Origin: Minisyncoccota bacterium
GTDB taxonomy: Bacteria > Patescibacteriota > Minisyncoccia > Phycocordibacterales > UBA9973
DNA: 64,000 nucleotides
Assembly (NCBI GenBank): GCA_031413715.1
Contig: JANOFO010000007.1
Span: 90,338-154,337, forward strand
Reading direction: 5' to 3'
The position numbers were made by a program, and so were the translations under genes. Positions within the stretch are counted from its first letter, which is position 1; every line of letters starts with the position of its first letter. Under the pieces are notes generated by a model. It was not told where the DNA came from. It was given only the letters and a program-made list of their open reading frames with translations, and searched no databases. Below are positions 39,883 through 49,396 of the stretch, piece by piece.

Positions 39883-40485
39883 ATGGAGGATAACAATAAT
39901 AAGGAACGAATTGCCCCTGTTCAAAAATCCAAATTGGGGAAGCATGCCGAGAACGCATGGGATCTGATCAAGTTCGCAATTATCGCACTTGCGATTGTTG
40001 TACCGATCCGCATGTTCGTAGCTCAACCATTCGTAGTGAGCGGTGAATCGATGTACCCTACATTTGATGATGGACAGTATTTGATCGTCGATGAGTTATC
40101 ATACAATCTAAATGGCGCTCGTCGTGGCGATGTTGTCATCTTCCGTTACCCGCTTGATCCATCTCGATTCTTCATAAAGAGAGTCATAGGTATGCCGAAT
40201 GAAAAGATAGATATCAAAGACGGCAAAGTAACAATCATAAATAAAGAAAAACCTAATGGTTTTGTGCTTATCGAGGATTACATAGATGAGCCGTTCCATA
40301 CAACGGCCACATATACCACTGGCACTGACGAGTACTTTGTCATGGGCGACAACCGCAACCGAAGCTCTGACTCACGTATATGGGGAGTCTTGCCAAAGAA
40401 GTTAATGATTGGGCGCGCATTTGTGCGACTTCTACCACTCAAAACCTTATCATATTTGCCAGGAGCAATAGAAGAAACGAAATAA
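39883..40485 (+). CDS. lepB: Signal peptidase I
   Basis: SGESMYPT, FIKRVIG, GDNRNRSSDSR. Confidence 0.95.
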   Translation: MEDNNNKERIAPVQKSKLGKHAENAWDLIKFAIIALAIVVPIRMFVAQPFVVSGESMYPTFDDGQYLIVDELSYNLNGARRGDVVIFRYPLDPSRFFIKRVIGMPNEKIDIKDGKVTIINKEKPNGFVLIEDYIDEPFHTTATYTTGTDEYFVMGDNRNRSSDSRIWGVLPKKLMIGRAFVRLLPLKTLSYLPGAIEETK

Positions 40486-40492
40486 ATAATGT

Positions 40493-41788
40493 ATGAATAC
40501 TGAAAAGAAAAAAGGAAGTAAAGAAGTAACATCGGTCAAAGGAATGCGCGATATTATAGACACTCAATATTATCAATTCCAGGGGTTTTTTGAAAAAGCT
40601 CAGGAGGTGGCAGTTTACTATGGCTTCAAGCCGATCGACACGCCTATCGTAGAGCATGAAGAGGTTTTCACCTCAGCTATTGGTATCGGCACTGATATCG
40701 TCGACAAAGAAATGTATACCCTCAAAACAAAAGGGGGTGACCATTTGGCACTTCGCCCTGAGCACACCGCAGGACTTATGCGTAGCTACATCGAGAACGG
40801 TATGCAGACCCTTCCCCAGCCAGTGCTTTTTTATAACTACGGTCCAATTTTCCGCCACGACAATCCTCAAAAAGGACGCTATCGTCAATTTTGGCAATTC
40901 GACATGGATGCGATCGGGTCAGAAAAAAGCATTCTCGATGCGCTTGTCATCAAGACTGCCTGGACAGTACTTTGCGAGGCAGGTGCTTCAAATCTTTCCA
41001 TAGACATAAACTCTATCGGTGACAAGGAGTGCAGGCAAAGCTATATTCGCGAGCTGGTTTCATATTATAAAAAGCATTTGAATGCTCTTCCGCCTATTGA
41101 CCGTGAGAGACTAAAAGTAAATCCCCTTCGAATCCTCGATTCAAAAGAAGAAAAAACGATAGAGCTCAATCAAGGTGCCCCAGAAACGCTCTCGCACCTA
41201 TGCCCTGCTTGCAAGAAACACTTCAAGGAAGTGCTTGAGTACTTGGAAGAGATGGAGATACCGTATTCGATAAACAAATGCCTCGTGCGTGGACTCTCGT
41301 ACTATACTCGTACCGTATTTGAAATCATGATACCAAATGAAGAAGATGGCAAGCTCGTCACTATTGCCTCTGGAGGACGCTACGACTATCTGGGCAAGCA
41401 GTTGGGAGCAAAAAAAGATGTACCGGCCGTCGGCTCAAGTATCGGAGTCGATCGAGTCGTTGAGGCCCCGTGGTTTGCCAAGCTCTCGCCCCGTATCATC
41501 AAGAAGCCAAAGATATATTTTATCCAACTTGGCTTTGATGCAAAATTAAAATCACTCAATGTCATAGAAATACTTCGCAAAGGAAAAATCCCGATAGCTC
41601 AATCGATATCAAAAGACAATCTCGGTGCTCAGCTTGCAGTCGCAGAAAAGCTCGGTATGCACTATGCGATAATCTTTGGGCAAAAAGAAGCGATGGAGAA
41701 CTCGGTGATTTTCCGCGATATGATAAATCGCTCACAAGAGACAGTAAAACTGCCAAAACTTTTAGAATACATAAAAGAACTCAAATAA
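40493..41788 (+). CDS. hisS: Histidine-tRNA ligase
   Basis: LRPEHTA, GRYRQFWQ, LVRGLSYY, GGRYD. Confidence 0.96.
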   Translation: MNTEKKKGSKEVTSVKGMRDIIDTQYYQFQGFFEKAQEVAVYYGFKPIDTPIVEHEEVFTSAIGIGTDIVDKEMYTLKTKGGDHLALRPEHTAGLMRSYIENGMQTLPQPVLFYNYGPIFRHDNPQKGRYRQFWQFDMDAIGSEKSILDALVIKTAWTVLCEAGASNLSIDINSIGDKECRQSYIRELVSYYKKHLNALPPIDRERLKVNPLRILDSKEEKTIELNQGAPETLSHLCPACKKHFKEVLEYLEEMEIPYSINKCLVRGLSYYTRTVFEIMIPNEEDGKLVTIASGGRYDYLGKQLGAKKDVPAVGSSIGVDRVVEAPWFAKLSPRIIKKPKIYFIQLGFDAKLKSLNVIEILRKGKIPIAQSISKDNLGAQLAVAEKLGMHYAIIFGQKEAMENSVIFRDMINRSQETVKLPKLLEYIKELK

Positions 41789-41813
41789 ATCCACCAAAAT
41801 TTTTGTAAAAACT

Positions 41814-42362
41814 ATGATTGAAATTGTTCAAAATGGTCATCCTGCGCTCCGCAAAATTGCAAGCGAAGTATCACGTGCGACTATCTCAAAACCAAAAATA
41901 CAAAAGGTCTTGAAAGACATGGCTCAGGCTCTCCACTCGCAAGATGACGGAGTGGCTATCGCGGCACCGCAGATAGGAGTATCACTTCGGATATTCATCG
42001 TATCAGGCAGAATTTTTGAAGAAGATTTCATTCGAGGCAAAAAACCGGAAAAAACAGCTAGAAAAATAAAGTCGATTCATAAAGATTTAGCTTTCATTAA
42101 TCCAGTTTTCAAAAAAATATCAAAAGATAGAAAGCTTCTTGCAGAGGGCTGTTTGTCAGTGCGGCCTCTGTATGGCAAAGTCCGCCGGGCTACCAAGGCC
42201 ACAATGGAAGCTTATGATGAGCATGGCAAGAGGTTCACCATGAGCGCATCAGGACTACTCGCACATATTTTTCAGCATGAGACTGATCATTTGGATGGCA
42301 TATTGTTCATAGATAAAGCGCGTGACATCCATGAATCAACATCAGATGAAGAATATAAGTAG
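41814..42362 (+). CDS. def: Peptide deformylase
   Basis: GVAIAAPQIG, EGCLS, QHETDHLDG. Confidence 0.96.
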   Translation: MIEIVQNGHPALRKIASEVSRATISKPKIQKVLKDMAQALHSQDDGVAIAAPQIGVSLRIFIVSGRIFEEDFIRGKKPEKTARKIKSIHKDLAFINPVFKKISKDRKLLAEGCLSVRPLYGKVRRATKATMEAYDEHGKRFTMSASGLLAHIFQHETDHLDGILFIDKARDIHESTSDEEYK

Positions 42363-42412
42363 GGATTATAGCAAATAGAGTAAAATGAATAGTGAGATAA
42401 GACAATAAATAT

Positions 42413-43261
42413 ATGAAAAACATTTCCTTTGCATTTTTTGGTACTCCCGAATTTTCACTATTCGTACTTGAGGAAATAATTTCTGCTGGGTATTCCCCTT
42501 CATTGATAATAACTACACCAGACAAGCCAGCCGGACGAGGACTCGAAATTTCCGAGTCGCCAGTAAAGAAGTTTGCTATCGAAAACAATATTCCAGTACT
42601 TCAACCAGAAAAACTTGATGAAAAGTTTATTAAAGAATTAGAAGAAAGGAACTTAGAGTCATTTATAGTAGCTGCTTATGGAAAGTTAATCCCAGAATCT
42701 GTTTTGTCGATTGCAAAATATAGAGCTCTTAACGTACACCCATCACTCCTGCCAAGATATCGAGGCACTTCACCAGTCGAAAGCCAGATACTCGCTGATG
42801 AAAAAGATGTAGGCGTTACAGTTATTGAAATGGATAAAGAGATGGATCACGGACCTATAGTTGTAAATGAACATATTGATATACCAAATTGGCCAGTATC
42901 TCGAGATACGCTAAATCATATTTTATGGAAAAAGGGCGGGCAGATACTCTCACAAGTTATTCCTAAATGGCTTGAGGGTAAAATCCAAACAGTAAAACAA
43001 AATCATGAAGACGCTACTTTTACAAAAAAAATACACAAAGAAGATGGGCTTATTGACATATCGAAGCAAGGAAAAGAAAATTTCCTAAAATACTTAGCCT
43101 ACGAAGGTTGGCCAGGAGTATTCTTTTTTAAAAATGGAAAAAGAATAAAAATAACGAGAGTGCGATATGAAAACGACTCGTTCATCATTGAACGAGTCAT
43201 TCCCGAAGGGAAAAAGGAAGTTTCTTATGATGAATTCTTAAAGTCTAATATTTCGAAGTAA
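42413..43261 (+). CDS. fmt: Methionyl-tRNA formyltransferase
   Basis: FFGTPEF, NVHPSLLPRYRG. Confidence 0.95.
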   Translation: MKNISFAFFGTPEFSLFVLEEIISAGYSPSLIITTPDKPAGRGLEISESPVKKFAIENNIPVLQPEKLDEKFIKELEERNLESFIVAAYGKLIPESVLSIAKYRALNVHPSLLPRYRGTSPVESQILADEKDVGVTVIEMDKEMDHGPIVVNEHIDIPNWPVSRDTLNHILWKKGGQILSQVIPKWLEGKIQTVKQNHEDATFTKKIHKEDGLIDISKQGKENFLKYLAYEGWPGVFFFKNGKRIKITRVRYENDSFIIERVIPEGKKEVSYDEFLKSNISK

Positions 43262-43628
43262 ATGGATTTCTATCAGAAAGGCCTTTGAGCATCTTTTTGA
43301 TGCTTGCTGCCCCCCGCTTAAATAGCGTTTTTTTACGATCTTTGTTATTGCTGATTTTCTGCGTTATTTCTTCTTTGGCATCATCGATAGCAGAGTATAA
43401 GTCACTTTTCTCTGACATAGCAAAGAATTTTTCACCGTTCATATTTATATCGAATTCGGCTTTGAATACATCACCTTGCTTGTGGTGATTTGTAGTCTTT
43501 CCGATTTCTACGTGGCCTGTAATCTCACCATCTTTTCTAAATTTTTCTATCGTACCCAGACGCTTGTTCACGTAATCATTAATCGCACCAGTTAATTCCA
43601 TATTTGTCGCTTTTATATTGATGTTCAT
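43245..43628 (-). CDS. hpf: Ribosome hibernation factor HPF/RaiA
   Basis: MNINIKATNMELT, DLYSAID. Confidence 0.88.
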   Translation of the reverse strand: MNINIKATNMELTGAINDYVNKRLGTIEKFRKDGEITGHVEIGKTTNHHKQGDVFKAEFDINMNGEKFFAMSEKSDLYSAIDDAKEEITQKISNNKDRKKTLFKRGAASIKKMLKGLSDRNPFTSKY

Positions 43629-43749
43629 CCCGTTAGAGATAGTCCCCCGTAGGTGGACGTATCTTATTAATTATTATTAATATATAAAACTGAGGCGACC
43701 CATATTTATTATACTACAAAACTCAGATAAAACATCTCTCTAATGGGAT
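43627..43749. repeat. Inverted repeat pair CCCGTTAGA/TCTAATGGG around the hpf upstream region
   Basis: atcccgttagaga (43627-43639) and tctctaatgggat (43737-43749), 12/13 complementary. Confidence 0.6.
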
Positions 43750-43800
43750 TCAGAATTTTTATATCTAGCAACAAACAACAAATAGAGCTATAATGTAACT

Positions 43801-43926
43801 ATGAAAAAAGAAATTAAAATGCATCAAAAGAGTCCTGCCAATGGATTGTATCGAGCATCTCGCCTACCGACTGCTGTAAAAAACTTCGGCAACCGCCAGA
43901 TTCGTAAGGCAAAGAAGTCAAAATAA
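43801..43926 (+). CDS. 41-aa highly basic small protein
   Basis: MKKEIKMHQKSPANGLYRASRLPTAVKNFGNRQIRKAKKSK*, with TATAAT-N6-ATG. Confidence 0.55.
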   Translation: MKKEIKMHQKSPANGLYRASRLPTAVKNFGNRQIRKAKKSK

Positions 43927-44022
43927 GACTCAGAAGTTTCATGTATCAATCAACTCGTATTTCCATTGACTACTTTCCTTATATATGACATAATGTATTT
44001 GAACCTTTAAAACTCGTTAAAT

Positions 44023-44430
44023 ATGACAACTAAAATCATGTTGTTTATCGCCTTATTTGTATTGTCATATCTTATGACTATGCAAATAATTTTGGGCATA
44101 AAAACCCGCAAGAATATCTGCCACTTGAAAGACGGTGTACAACCGTTTACAAAGCACAAAAAATATGGAAGGATTATATTCTTCTTTATGTTAGCTTTGG
44201 TAATTTCTATCGAATTAATGGTAAGAATTAAAGGCAGTGTAGTAAAGACAGATGATCTTTTCTACTTCCACATTGCATTTTCCAGCGCATTTTTTGTGAC
44301 TACTTTTTTCCTTAATTGGCCATTTAACGGTCAGAGGAGCAAACATCACAAAGAGATGGCGTATTGGGGGCTCACCTTCTTCTTAGTTATGATTGGAACA
44401 GCTGTTCCAATCATCTTACGATTAGAATGA
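44023..44430 (+). CDS. Four-TM membrane protein (DUF420-like)
   Basis: Four hydrophobic segments with His residues (KHKKY, YFHIA, HHKE). Confidence 0.55.
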   Translation: MTTKIMLFIALFVLSYLMTMQIILGIKTRKNICHLKDGVQPFTKHKKYGRIIFFFMLALVISIELMVRIKGSVVKTDDLFYFHIAFSSAFFVTTFFLNWPFNGQRSKHHKEMAYWGLTFFLVMIGTAVPIILRLE

Positions 44431-44447
44431 TAACCTTTTATTTTGTC

Positions 44448-44484
44448 GCAGCCCATTCCCTTCACAGAGAATGGGCTGCTTTTT
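44448..44484 (+). terminator. Intrinsic terminator
   Basis: gcagcccattc/gaatgggctgc plus T-run. Confidence 0.8.
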
Positions 44485-44539
44485 ATTTACCCTTGACTAA
44501 TTTATTTTCAAATGGTAATTTGAGCAAAACCGCAATGGT

Positions 44540-44911
44540 ATGAAAATTAGTGAAGATAAAACCATCTTAGATCTTCTCTTTCGTAAGGCACAAAAGAATA
44601 ATGTTAGGGAGTGTTTGAATTTCTTAAAAAACGTATTGACACTCAGTAACTCTTTCAGAACAGCACTTTTGGAGAAAGACCGAGTTGGAAAAAAATTTAA
44701 CAAAACTGACCGAATTAGAAACGAAATTGACAAGTTGGTGAATAAGGAAGGAGTAATCCCCCAGTTTATCAATGAGTTAATTGCCATCATTCGGAAGGGA
44801 AAAATTGAGACAATCAGAACAGAAATAAAAGACAAAAAAGTGGAGGTTACTGCCATCACTGATTTTGATCAGCTTTTATCAAAACTACTGATGCCTCAAT
44901 TACAAGAATGA
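44540..44911 (+). CDS. Hypothetical protein
   Basis: ORF track only. Confidence 0.5.
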   Translation: MKISEDKTILDLLFRKAQKNNVRECLNFLKNVLTLSNSFRTALLEKDRVGKKFNKTDRIRNEIDKLVNKEGVIPQFINELIAIIRKGKIETIRTEIKDKKVEVTAITDFDQLLSKLLMPQLQE

Positions 44912-45050
44912 TTTAGCTTTAATTTGGCAAATCATTCTTTTTTATTTAAGAGAAATAATTTTGCTTTTTTAAGCCAATTTTGATAGTATTCATACATTCT
45001 GGAGTAGACTGATATGGATCAGGACTTAGGATGTGAGTGCATAAAAGCAT

Positions 45051-45125
45051 TCCGGAGTAGCTCAGCGGTAGAGCAAGCGACTGTTAATCGCTTGGTCGCA
45101 GGTTCGATCCCTGCCTCCGGAGCCA
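45051..45125 (+). tRNA. tRNA-Asn(GTT), integration site of island 2
   Basis: tccggagtagctcagcggtagagca agcga ctGTTaa tcgct ... ggttcgatccc...ggagcca. Confidence 0.97.
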
Positions 45126-46727
45126 GATAGGATTAACATCAGCGAAAGCTGGTGTTTTTCCTTTATTGACGGGCTCTTTTGGCGGTTCGAAACTCTTTTT
45201 TTCGTCTACTTTTTCTCCCAACATCTGCATTACGCGGTCAGAGACCATTTTAAAGGCTTTGTGGTATGAAATCTCAACTTTCTTGCCATTTATCGTCGAG
45301 TTCGAAAATAAAAGGGACATAAGCAACTTCTTGTCGTCGACCATCTCGATACTGCTTCGGTTTACATAAATCTTTCGCGCTTCCTTTGCCATTTGTAGAA
45401 AGGTCGATCCCATATCGTAGTACTTGAGGTTGGCATTCTTATGCTTATTGAGGCTATCCATCACTTCCTCCTGCTCGATCTTGTACTGCTCATACTTTTT
45501 CTGATAGAAATCCTCGCTTATTTTGCCGTCGATCTTGTCGTCGTATATCTTGTCCAATCTCTGCGTGGCTACTTGGTAGCGTCGCTCGAGCTCGCCGGTG
45601 GCCTTTTCTCTGAATTCTATTTCCTCGCCGTGGCTTTCCTTGAGAGCTGTTTGGACCCAGCCAAGCATGTTTTCTATTGCCTCATCGTGCCTGGAGCTTA
45701 GTTGCTCAATATTCTCCATTACCTGCAAATCAACATTTTCCTGTTTGACCCATTCTCGCTGGGAACAGTTTTTATAATGGTTACAGTGGCCATACCAGTG
45801 GCCTTTCTGTATCTCCCACGTCACCTTTCCTTTGCATTCGTCACAGCGGAAGACATTTTTAAAAAGCGAATTATGCTTATTGTGTTTCGGCGTGCCGTTG
45901 CTATGCATAATGTCTTGGCACCGCATAAATAATTCTTTGGTGATCAATGGCTCATGTTCACCTTTACCGACCTTACCATTCCAACGATTCATTCCATAAT
46001 AAAACGGATCGCCGAGAAGCTGATGGACTCGCGAGTGACTCACTTTGTTTCCTCCTCGAGATCGCATGCCGAGCTTATACATTTCTTCGGCCAGTCTTTT
46101 TGTTGAGCTTACGTTTGTAGCATAGAGATCAAACATTTTCTTAACCAGTGGTGATTTTTCTTCGTCTAGCACATGAATTTTATGTCCTTTCTCGCCGATG
46201 GTTTTATATCCGAGCGGAGGCTTGCTCGGTAGCCAACCTTGAGCAAGTTTTTCTTTCTGTCCTTTCTTTACGTTTTCGGAAAGGAGTCGGATGTAGTATT
46301 CGGCCGTTGCTACTTTCACTCGCCACATAAACCATTCGTGCGACTTGGAGTCCTTGTGGAGAGTACATCCTTCTTTGACTAGATGGATCGTATGCTTTTC
46401 ATCGGCCAGTATCCACTCGTCGATTATCGGCACATCGGCAAAGTTACGGGTTAAGCGGTCAGTCGTTTCCACGAAGATCGTGTTGATCTTGGACTTGGTT
46501 ACATATTCCAACATTTCGTGAAATATCTTTCGCTGGATTTTTCCAGCGGCCGACTCTTGAATGGCAAAAACTTTTACGAGCTCAAAGCCGTTCCGGTCAG
46601 CATAATCTCGCAAAAGTTTCTCTTGAGCCGGAAGCGAATAGCCGGTGTCCTCCTGATCCTTGGAAGACACCCGGGCATAGCCTACGGCCTGCATCGATTG
46701 ATTTTCTTGATTCATTATCATAATCAT
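45084..46727 (-). CDS. Large serine recombinase
   Basis: GYARVSS, TDRLTRN, PPLGY, CDECKG Zn ribbon; C-terminus WLRRQGSNLRPSD reads the antisense tRNA-Asn. Confidence 0.94.
   Translation of the reverse strand: MIMIMNQENQSMQAVGYARVSSKDQEDTGYSLPAQEKLLRDYADRNGFELVKVFAIQESAAGKIQRKIFHEMLEYVTKSKINTIFVETTDRLTRNFADVPIIDEWILADEKHTIHLVKEGCTLHKDSKSHEWFMWRVKVATAEYYIRLLSENVKKGQKEKLAQGWLPSKPPLGYKTIGEKGHKIHVLDEEKSPLVKKMFDLYATNVSSTKRLAEEMYKLGMRSRGGNKVSHSRVHQLLGDPFYYGMNRWNGKVGKGEHEPLITKELFMRCQDIMHSNGTPKHNKHNSLFKNVFRCDECKGKVTWEIQKGHWYGHCNHYKNCSQREWVKQENVDLQVMENIEQLSSRHDEAIENMLGWVQTALKESHGEEIEFREKATGELERRYQVATQRLDKIYDDKIDGKISEDFYQKKYEQYKIEQEEVMDSLNKHKNANLKYYDMGSTFLQMAKEARKIYVNRSSIEMVDDKKLLMSLLFSNSTINGKKVEISYHKAFKMVSDRVMQMLGEKVDEKKSFEPPKEPVNKGKTPAFADVNPIWLRRQGSNLRPSD
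45135..45159 (+). terminator. Terminator for tRNA-Asn embedded antisense in the recombinase CDS
   Basis: aacatcagc-gaaa-gctggtgtt plus T-run, 10 nt after the CCA. Confidence 0.65.
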
Positions 46728-46826
46728 TTAGTTAATAATTTTGTTGGTTCGAATGCGACTTTTCGTACCACGACACACCCTATACTAATTTTTCGGACAC
46801 GCTAAGCTCGAGTTGCCCACAATCGG

Positions 46827-47435
46827 TTATTCTCCGTCTGCAAGCCACTTTTTTATTATCGCGGCTTTCGCATCGGGATATTGATTGCGTGCGAGTGCCA
46901 GTTGCATTTCATAAGGAATAAACTCCCAGCGTTCGCCTGGAGACATCTCGCTAAAGTTGATCTTATTAAGTTGAAGAGTTTCTTTCGGATGACCCTCCAC
47001 ACGATCCAGTAGTTCCTTGATAGCGGACAGCTTCACGCCATCGTTCTGGCTTCCCATAAGAGCGACGAGCATTTCGTTGGCCAAACGAAAGTTTTGCTCA
47101 CGAACACGTACACCGGCTTTTCGGACAATGTCCACGGTTTCCTGATGGATCGCATCCATTTCCTGTTCGTACAGCTCGTAGGTTTCCCGTAGCGTTCCCG
47201 ATTGCCTGAACCAGTCTTTGACGGTTTGCTCGGTGAATTTGGCTTTTCTACTTTTTTCAAACCGATGATTGATATCCTCGGCGATGTTTTGGTAGGAATG
47301 CCCTTTATATTTCAGCTCGAGTGCTCGCTCGTGGTATTTGGTTATGTGTTTAAGCTTGGCCATAAAAGTGGAGTTTAGTGGAGTCTTTTCTTGCTCTCGA
47401 TTGGGATGATGAGGAGCGGTCTTCCGGTTGTCCAC
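46827..47435 (-). CDS. HTH protein, terminase-small-subunit-like
   Basis: RALELKYKGHSYQNIAE...EQTVKDWF HTH; C-terminal LVALMGS...VKLSAIKELLDRVEG. Confidence 0.5.
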   Translation of the reverse strand: MDNRKTAPHHPNREQEKTPLNSTFMAKLKHITKYHERALELKYKGHSYQNIAEDINHRFEKSRKAKFTEQTVKDWFRQSGTLRETYELYEQEMDAIHQETVDIVRKAGVRVREQNFRLANEMLVALMGSQNDGVKLSAIKELLDRVEGHPKETLQLNKINFSEMSPGERWEFIPYEMQLALARNQYPDAKAAIIKKWLADGE

Positions 47436-47581
47436 TCGATGATGTAAGCGGCCGCTTGAGCTCTTACGACTTTGTCTTTGCTTCCCAGAAGTGAGATCAG
47501 AACTTTCGCCGCTTTTGGCATGTTCTTTCGGATGATCTCATCAGCGATTTCAATTTCAGTTTTCTTTTTATGATTGGTCAT
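47375..47581 (-). CDS. Small protein resembling the C-terminal domain of 46827..47435
   Basis: KAAKVLISLLGSKDKVVRAQAAAYIIEWTTG. Confidence 0.5.
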   Translation of the reverse strand: MTNHKKKTEIEIADEIIRKNMPKAAKVLISLLGSKDKVVRAQAAAYIIEWTTGRPLLIIPIESKKRLH

Positions 47582-47586
47582 GGATT

Positions 47587-48174
47587 TTAGTAATTACGCT
47601 TGTGTCGATTCGACGAGAACGACATCTTGGCCACGAGACTCGCTTTCATCTCGTTTATTTTCTTAATTTGGTTTTGGCCGTTAACTTCTTTATAATTTTC
47701 TTTAATTTCTTTTAAACCCTTAGCTTCTATATCATCGCCGTCTGACGCAGTGTGCATGTCATGCCGTCCGGTATTTCGTGTTGATCGGCCTCCGTCCTGC
47801 TTCAAATGTAGGACGGAGAGCAATGTAATGCTTCGGGGTTTAAACTTTGCATCTTCACCACGGATTTTAGTGATAGCGATAAAAGTCCACTCCTCGAGCT
47901 TGTCCAAACATTTCTTTATCGTTCGCCAATCTTTGAGGCCAGAGTAAATCAAAAGCGTCTTATTTGATGCTTCGATGGTCTGGCTTGCCTTATTGGAGGC
48001 AATTTCGGTTAAGGCGCAATAGACATTACGAAGATTCCGATATGCATCAACACCAATGTGCTTATCAAGCCACTGCTGGCGCATAAACCGCAAAGCCGGT
48101 TTGTCTTGGTAGGCAAACGGGGCTTCGCGGTAATCTCGGACCTTATGCTTCTTGTCGCTTGGGTACATTGTCAT
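47587..48174 (-). CDS. Putative phage/satellite replication-initiator-like HTH protein
   Basis: VYCALTEIA...SNKTLLIYSGLKDWRTIKKCLDKLEEWTFI resembles a Rep N-terminal wHTH. Confidence 0.5.
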   Translation of the reverse strand: MTMYPSDKKHKVRDYREAPFAYQDKPALRFMRQQWLDKHIGVDAYRNLRNVYCALTEIASNKASQTIEASNKTLLIYSGLKDWRTIKKCLDKLEEWTFIAITKIRGEDAKFKPRSITLLSVLHLKQDGGRSTRNTGRHDMHTASDGDDIEAKGLKEIKENYKEVNGQNQIKKINEMKASLVAKMSFSSNRHKRNY

Positions 48175-48352
48175 ATGGTTCTATGAGCGTTCGACCACTG
48201 GTGATGTCCTCAGTGTAGAATCGCGACAAAGCATCGTAATAATTTACGAGATTGAATGCTATGTCGTGCAGGTCTTGGTCATTCACTTCCTGACCGAAGT
48301 CTCTTTTGAGAATCACGCGAAGCTTCTCCAGCGTTTCCGGTTTTATTTTCAC
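48143..48352 (-). CDS. Small hypothetical protein
   Basis: GTG start, (M)KIKPETLEKLRVILKRDFGQEVNDQDLHDIAFNLVNYY. Confidence 0.6.
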   Translation of the reverse strand: MKIKPETLEKLRVILKRDFGQEVNDQDLHDIAFNLVNYYDALSRFYTEDITSGRTLIEPYDNVPKRQEA

Positions 48353-48357
48353 AGGTC

Positions 48358-48600
48358 TTAGTTCTCGGCATAAATCCGTACTTTGACCTGTTTGAGCTCG
48401 TTGAAGAACGCTTGAGGCTCGACTTGAAGCTCGCGGCTCCAATATCGCTTCACCAGAGAATCCAAGTCCGGGCTCTTGCCGAAGCAGAAGAGCACCTTGT
48501 GCGGATTTCCCCGATCCACGACCTCAAGAGAATCAGGAATAAATAATAAAAGCACCGCGACCAATGCCAGGTCGGCGGTTTTGTAGTAATTGTTTTCCAT
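48358..48600 (-). CDS. DUF5659-like small protein
   Basis: YKTADLALVAVL...VLFCF...YWSRELQVEPQAFFNELKQVKVRIY. Confidence 0.65.
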   Translation of the reverse strand: MENNYYKTADLALVAVLLLFIPDSLEVVDRGNPHKVLFCFGKSPDLDSLVKRYWSRELQVEPQAFFNELKQVKVRIYAEN

Positions 48601-48766
48601 ATTTTGGCATTTTCATTGTCATTAACTTCCTCTCACACACTTTTATTGTTGCAGTTGGACCGCACCTCTTTACATACTCTTTAGGTAAATTCAGAAACAA
48701 AAAAGATGGCTATTTATGCCGCTTGTAAAAAAGTTATCAAGAAGGGTCGGGAGAGTACCAGCGATT

Positions 48767-49396
48767 TTATTCCTTTTTCAAAATTATGCCCGGATAAATT
48801 CGATATCCGGAGTCTCGGTATCCTTCTATTAGTTTAAAGACACCGAGTTCTTTATGGGCGATCCTGTTCATGGCATCAACGGCACTCTCAAGCGATTTCC
48901 TGGATACGAAACCGCAGAGTTCTATCAGAGTTTCAGTTGGCACATAAGTTTTGTGAGCGATCAATGTCCGGAGCATCTTGTCCCGGTAGCTATTTACTTC
49001 CAAACGATAGCAATGGTCGCTTTTAGGTTCGCAGTAGAGTTCATGGTCAGTTGAAAAATAGACTATCGTTTTGTTTTTGATTGGCTGGATCGGCGTGGTT
49101 ACTTTTTCAAACCAATAATCCACCACGTCCTTAGCTATCCTTTTTCTCTCGCTTTTGTTTTGTTTCTGGTATTCCTGTATGCCGGATAAAATGTTTTCTG
49201 TTTTGGCTAGCCGGTTTTTGTATTCCAGTTGGGCTTCCCACATTTTTTGACTCAAAGTTTTTACGACTTCGGTCGCTTCTCTTAAAGCCAACACGAGTCC
49301 GGCATTATCAAAAGCATTTTGGACCGCGTCTTTCGTTGCGATAATATCAAATCTATAACAGCTCTCGATCGAGACTTTCGTCATTGTCATAATCAT
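48767..49396 (-). CDS. Hypothetical protein with C-terminal winged-helix
   Basis: VPTETLIELCG...SLESAVDAMN...LIEGYRDSGYRI (OmpR-like wing). Confidence 0.55.
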   Translation of the reverse strand: MIMTMTKVSIESCYRFDIIATKDAVQNAFDNAGLVLALREATEVVKTLSQKMWEAQLEYKNRLAKTENILSGIQEYQKQNKSERKRIAKDVVDYWFEKVTTPIQPIKNKTIVYFSTDHELYCEPKSDHCYRLEVNSYRDKMLRTLIAHKTYVPTETLIELCGFVSRKSLESAVDAMNRIAHKELGVFKLIEGYRDSGYRIYPGIILKKE

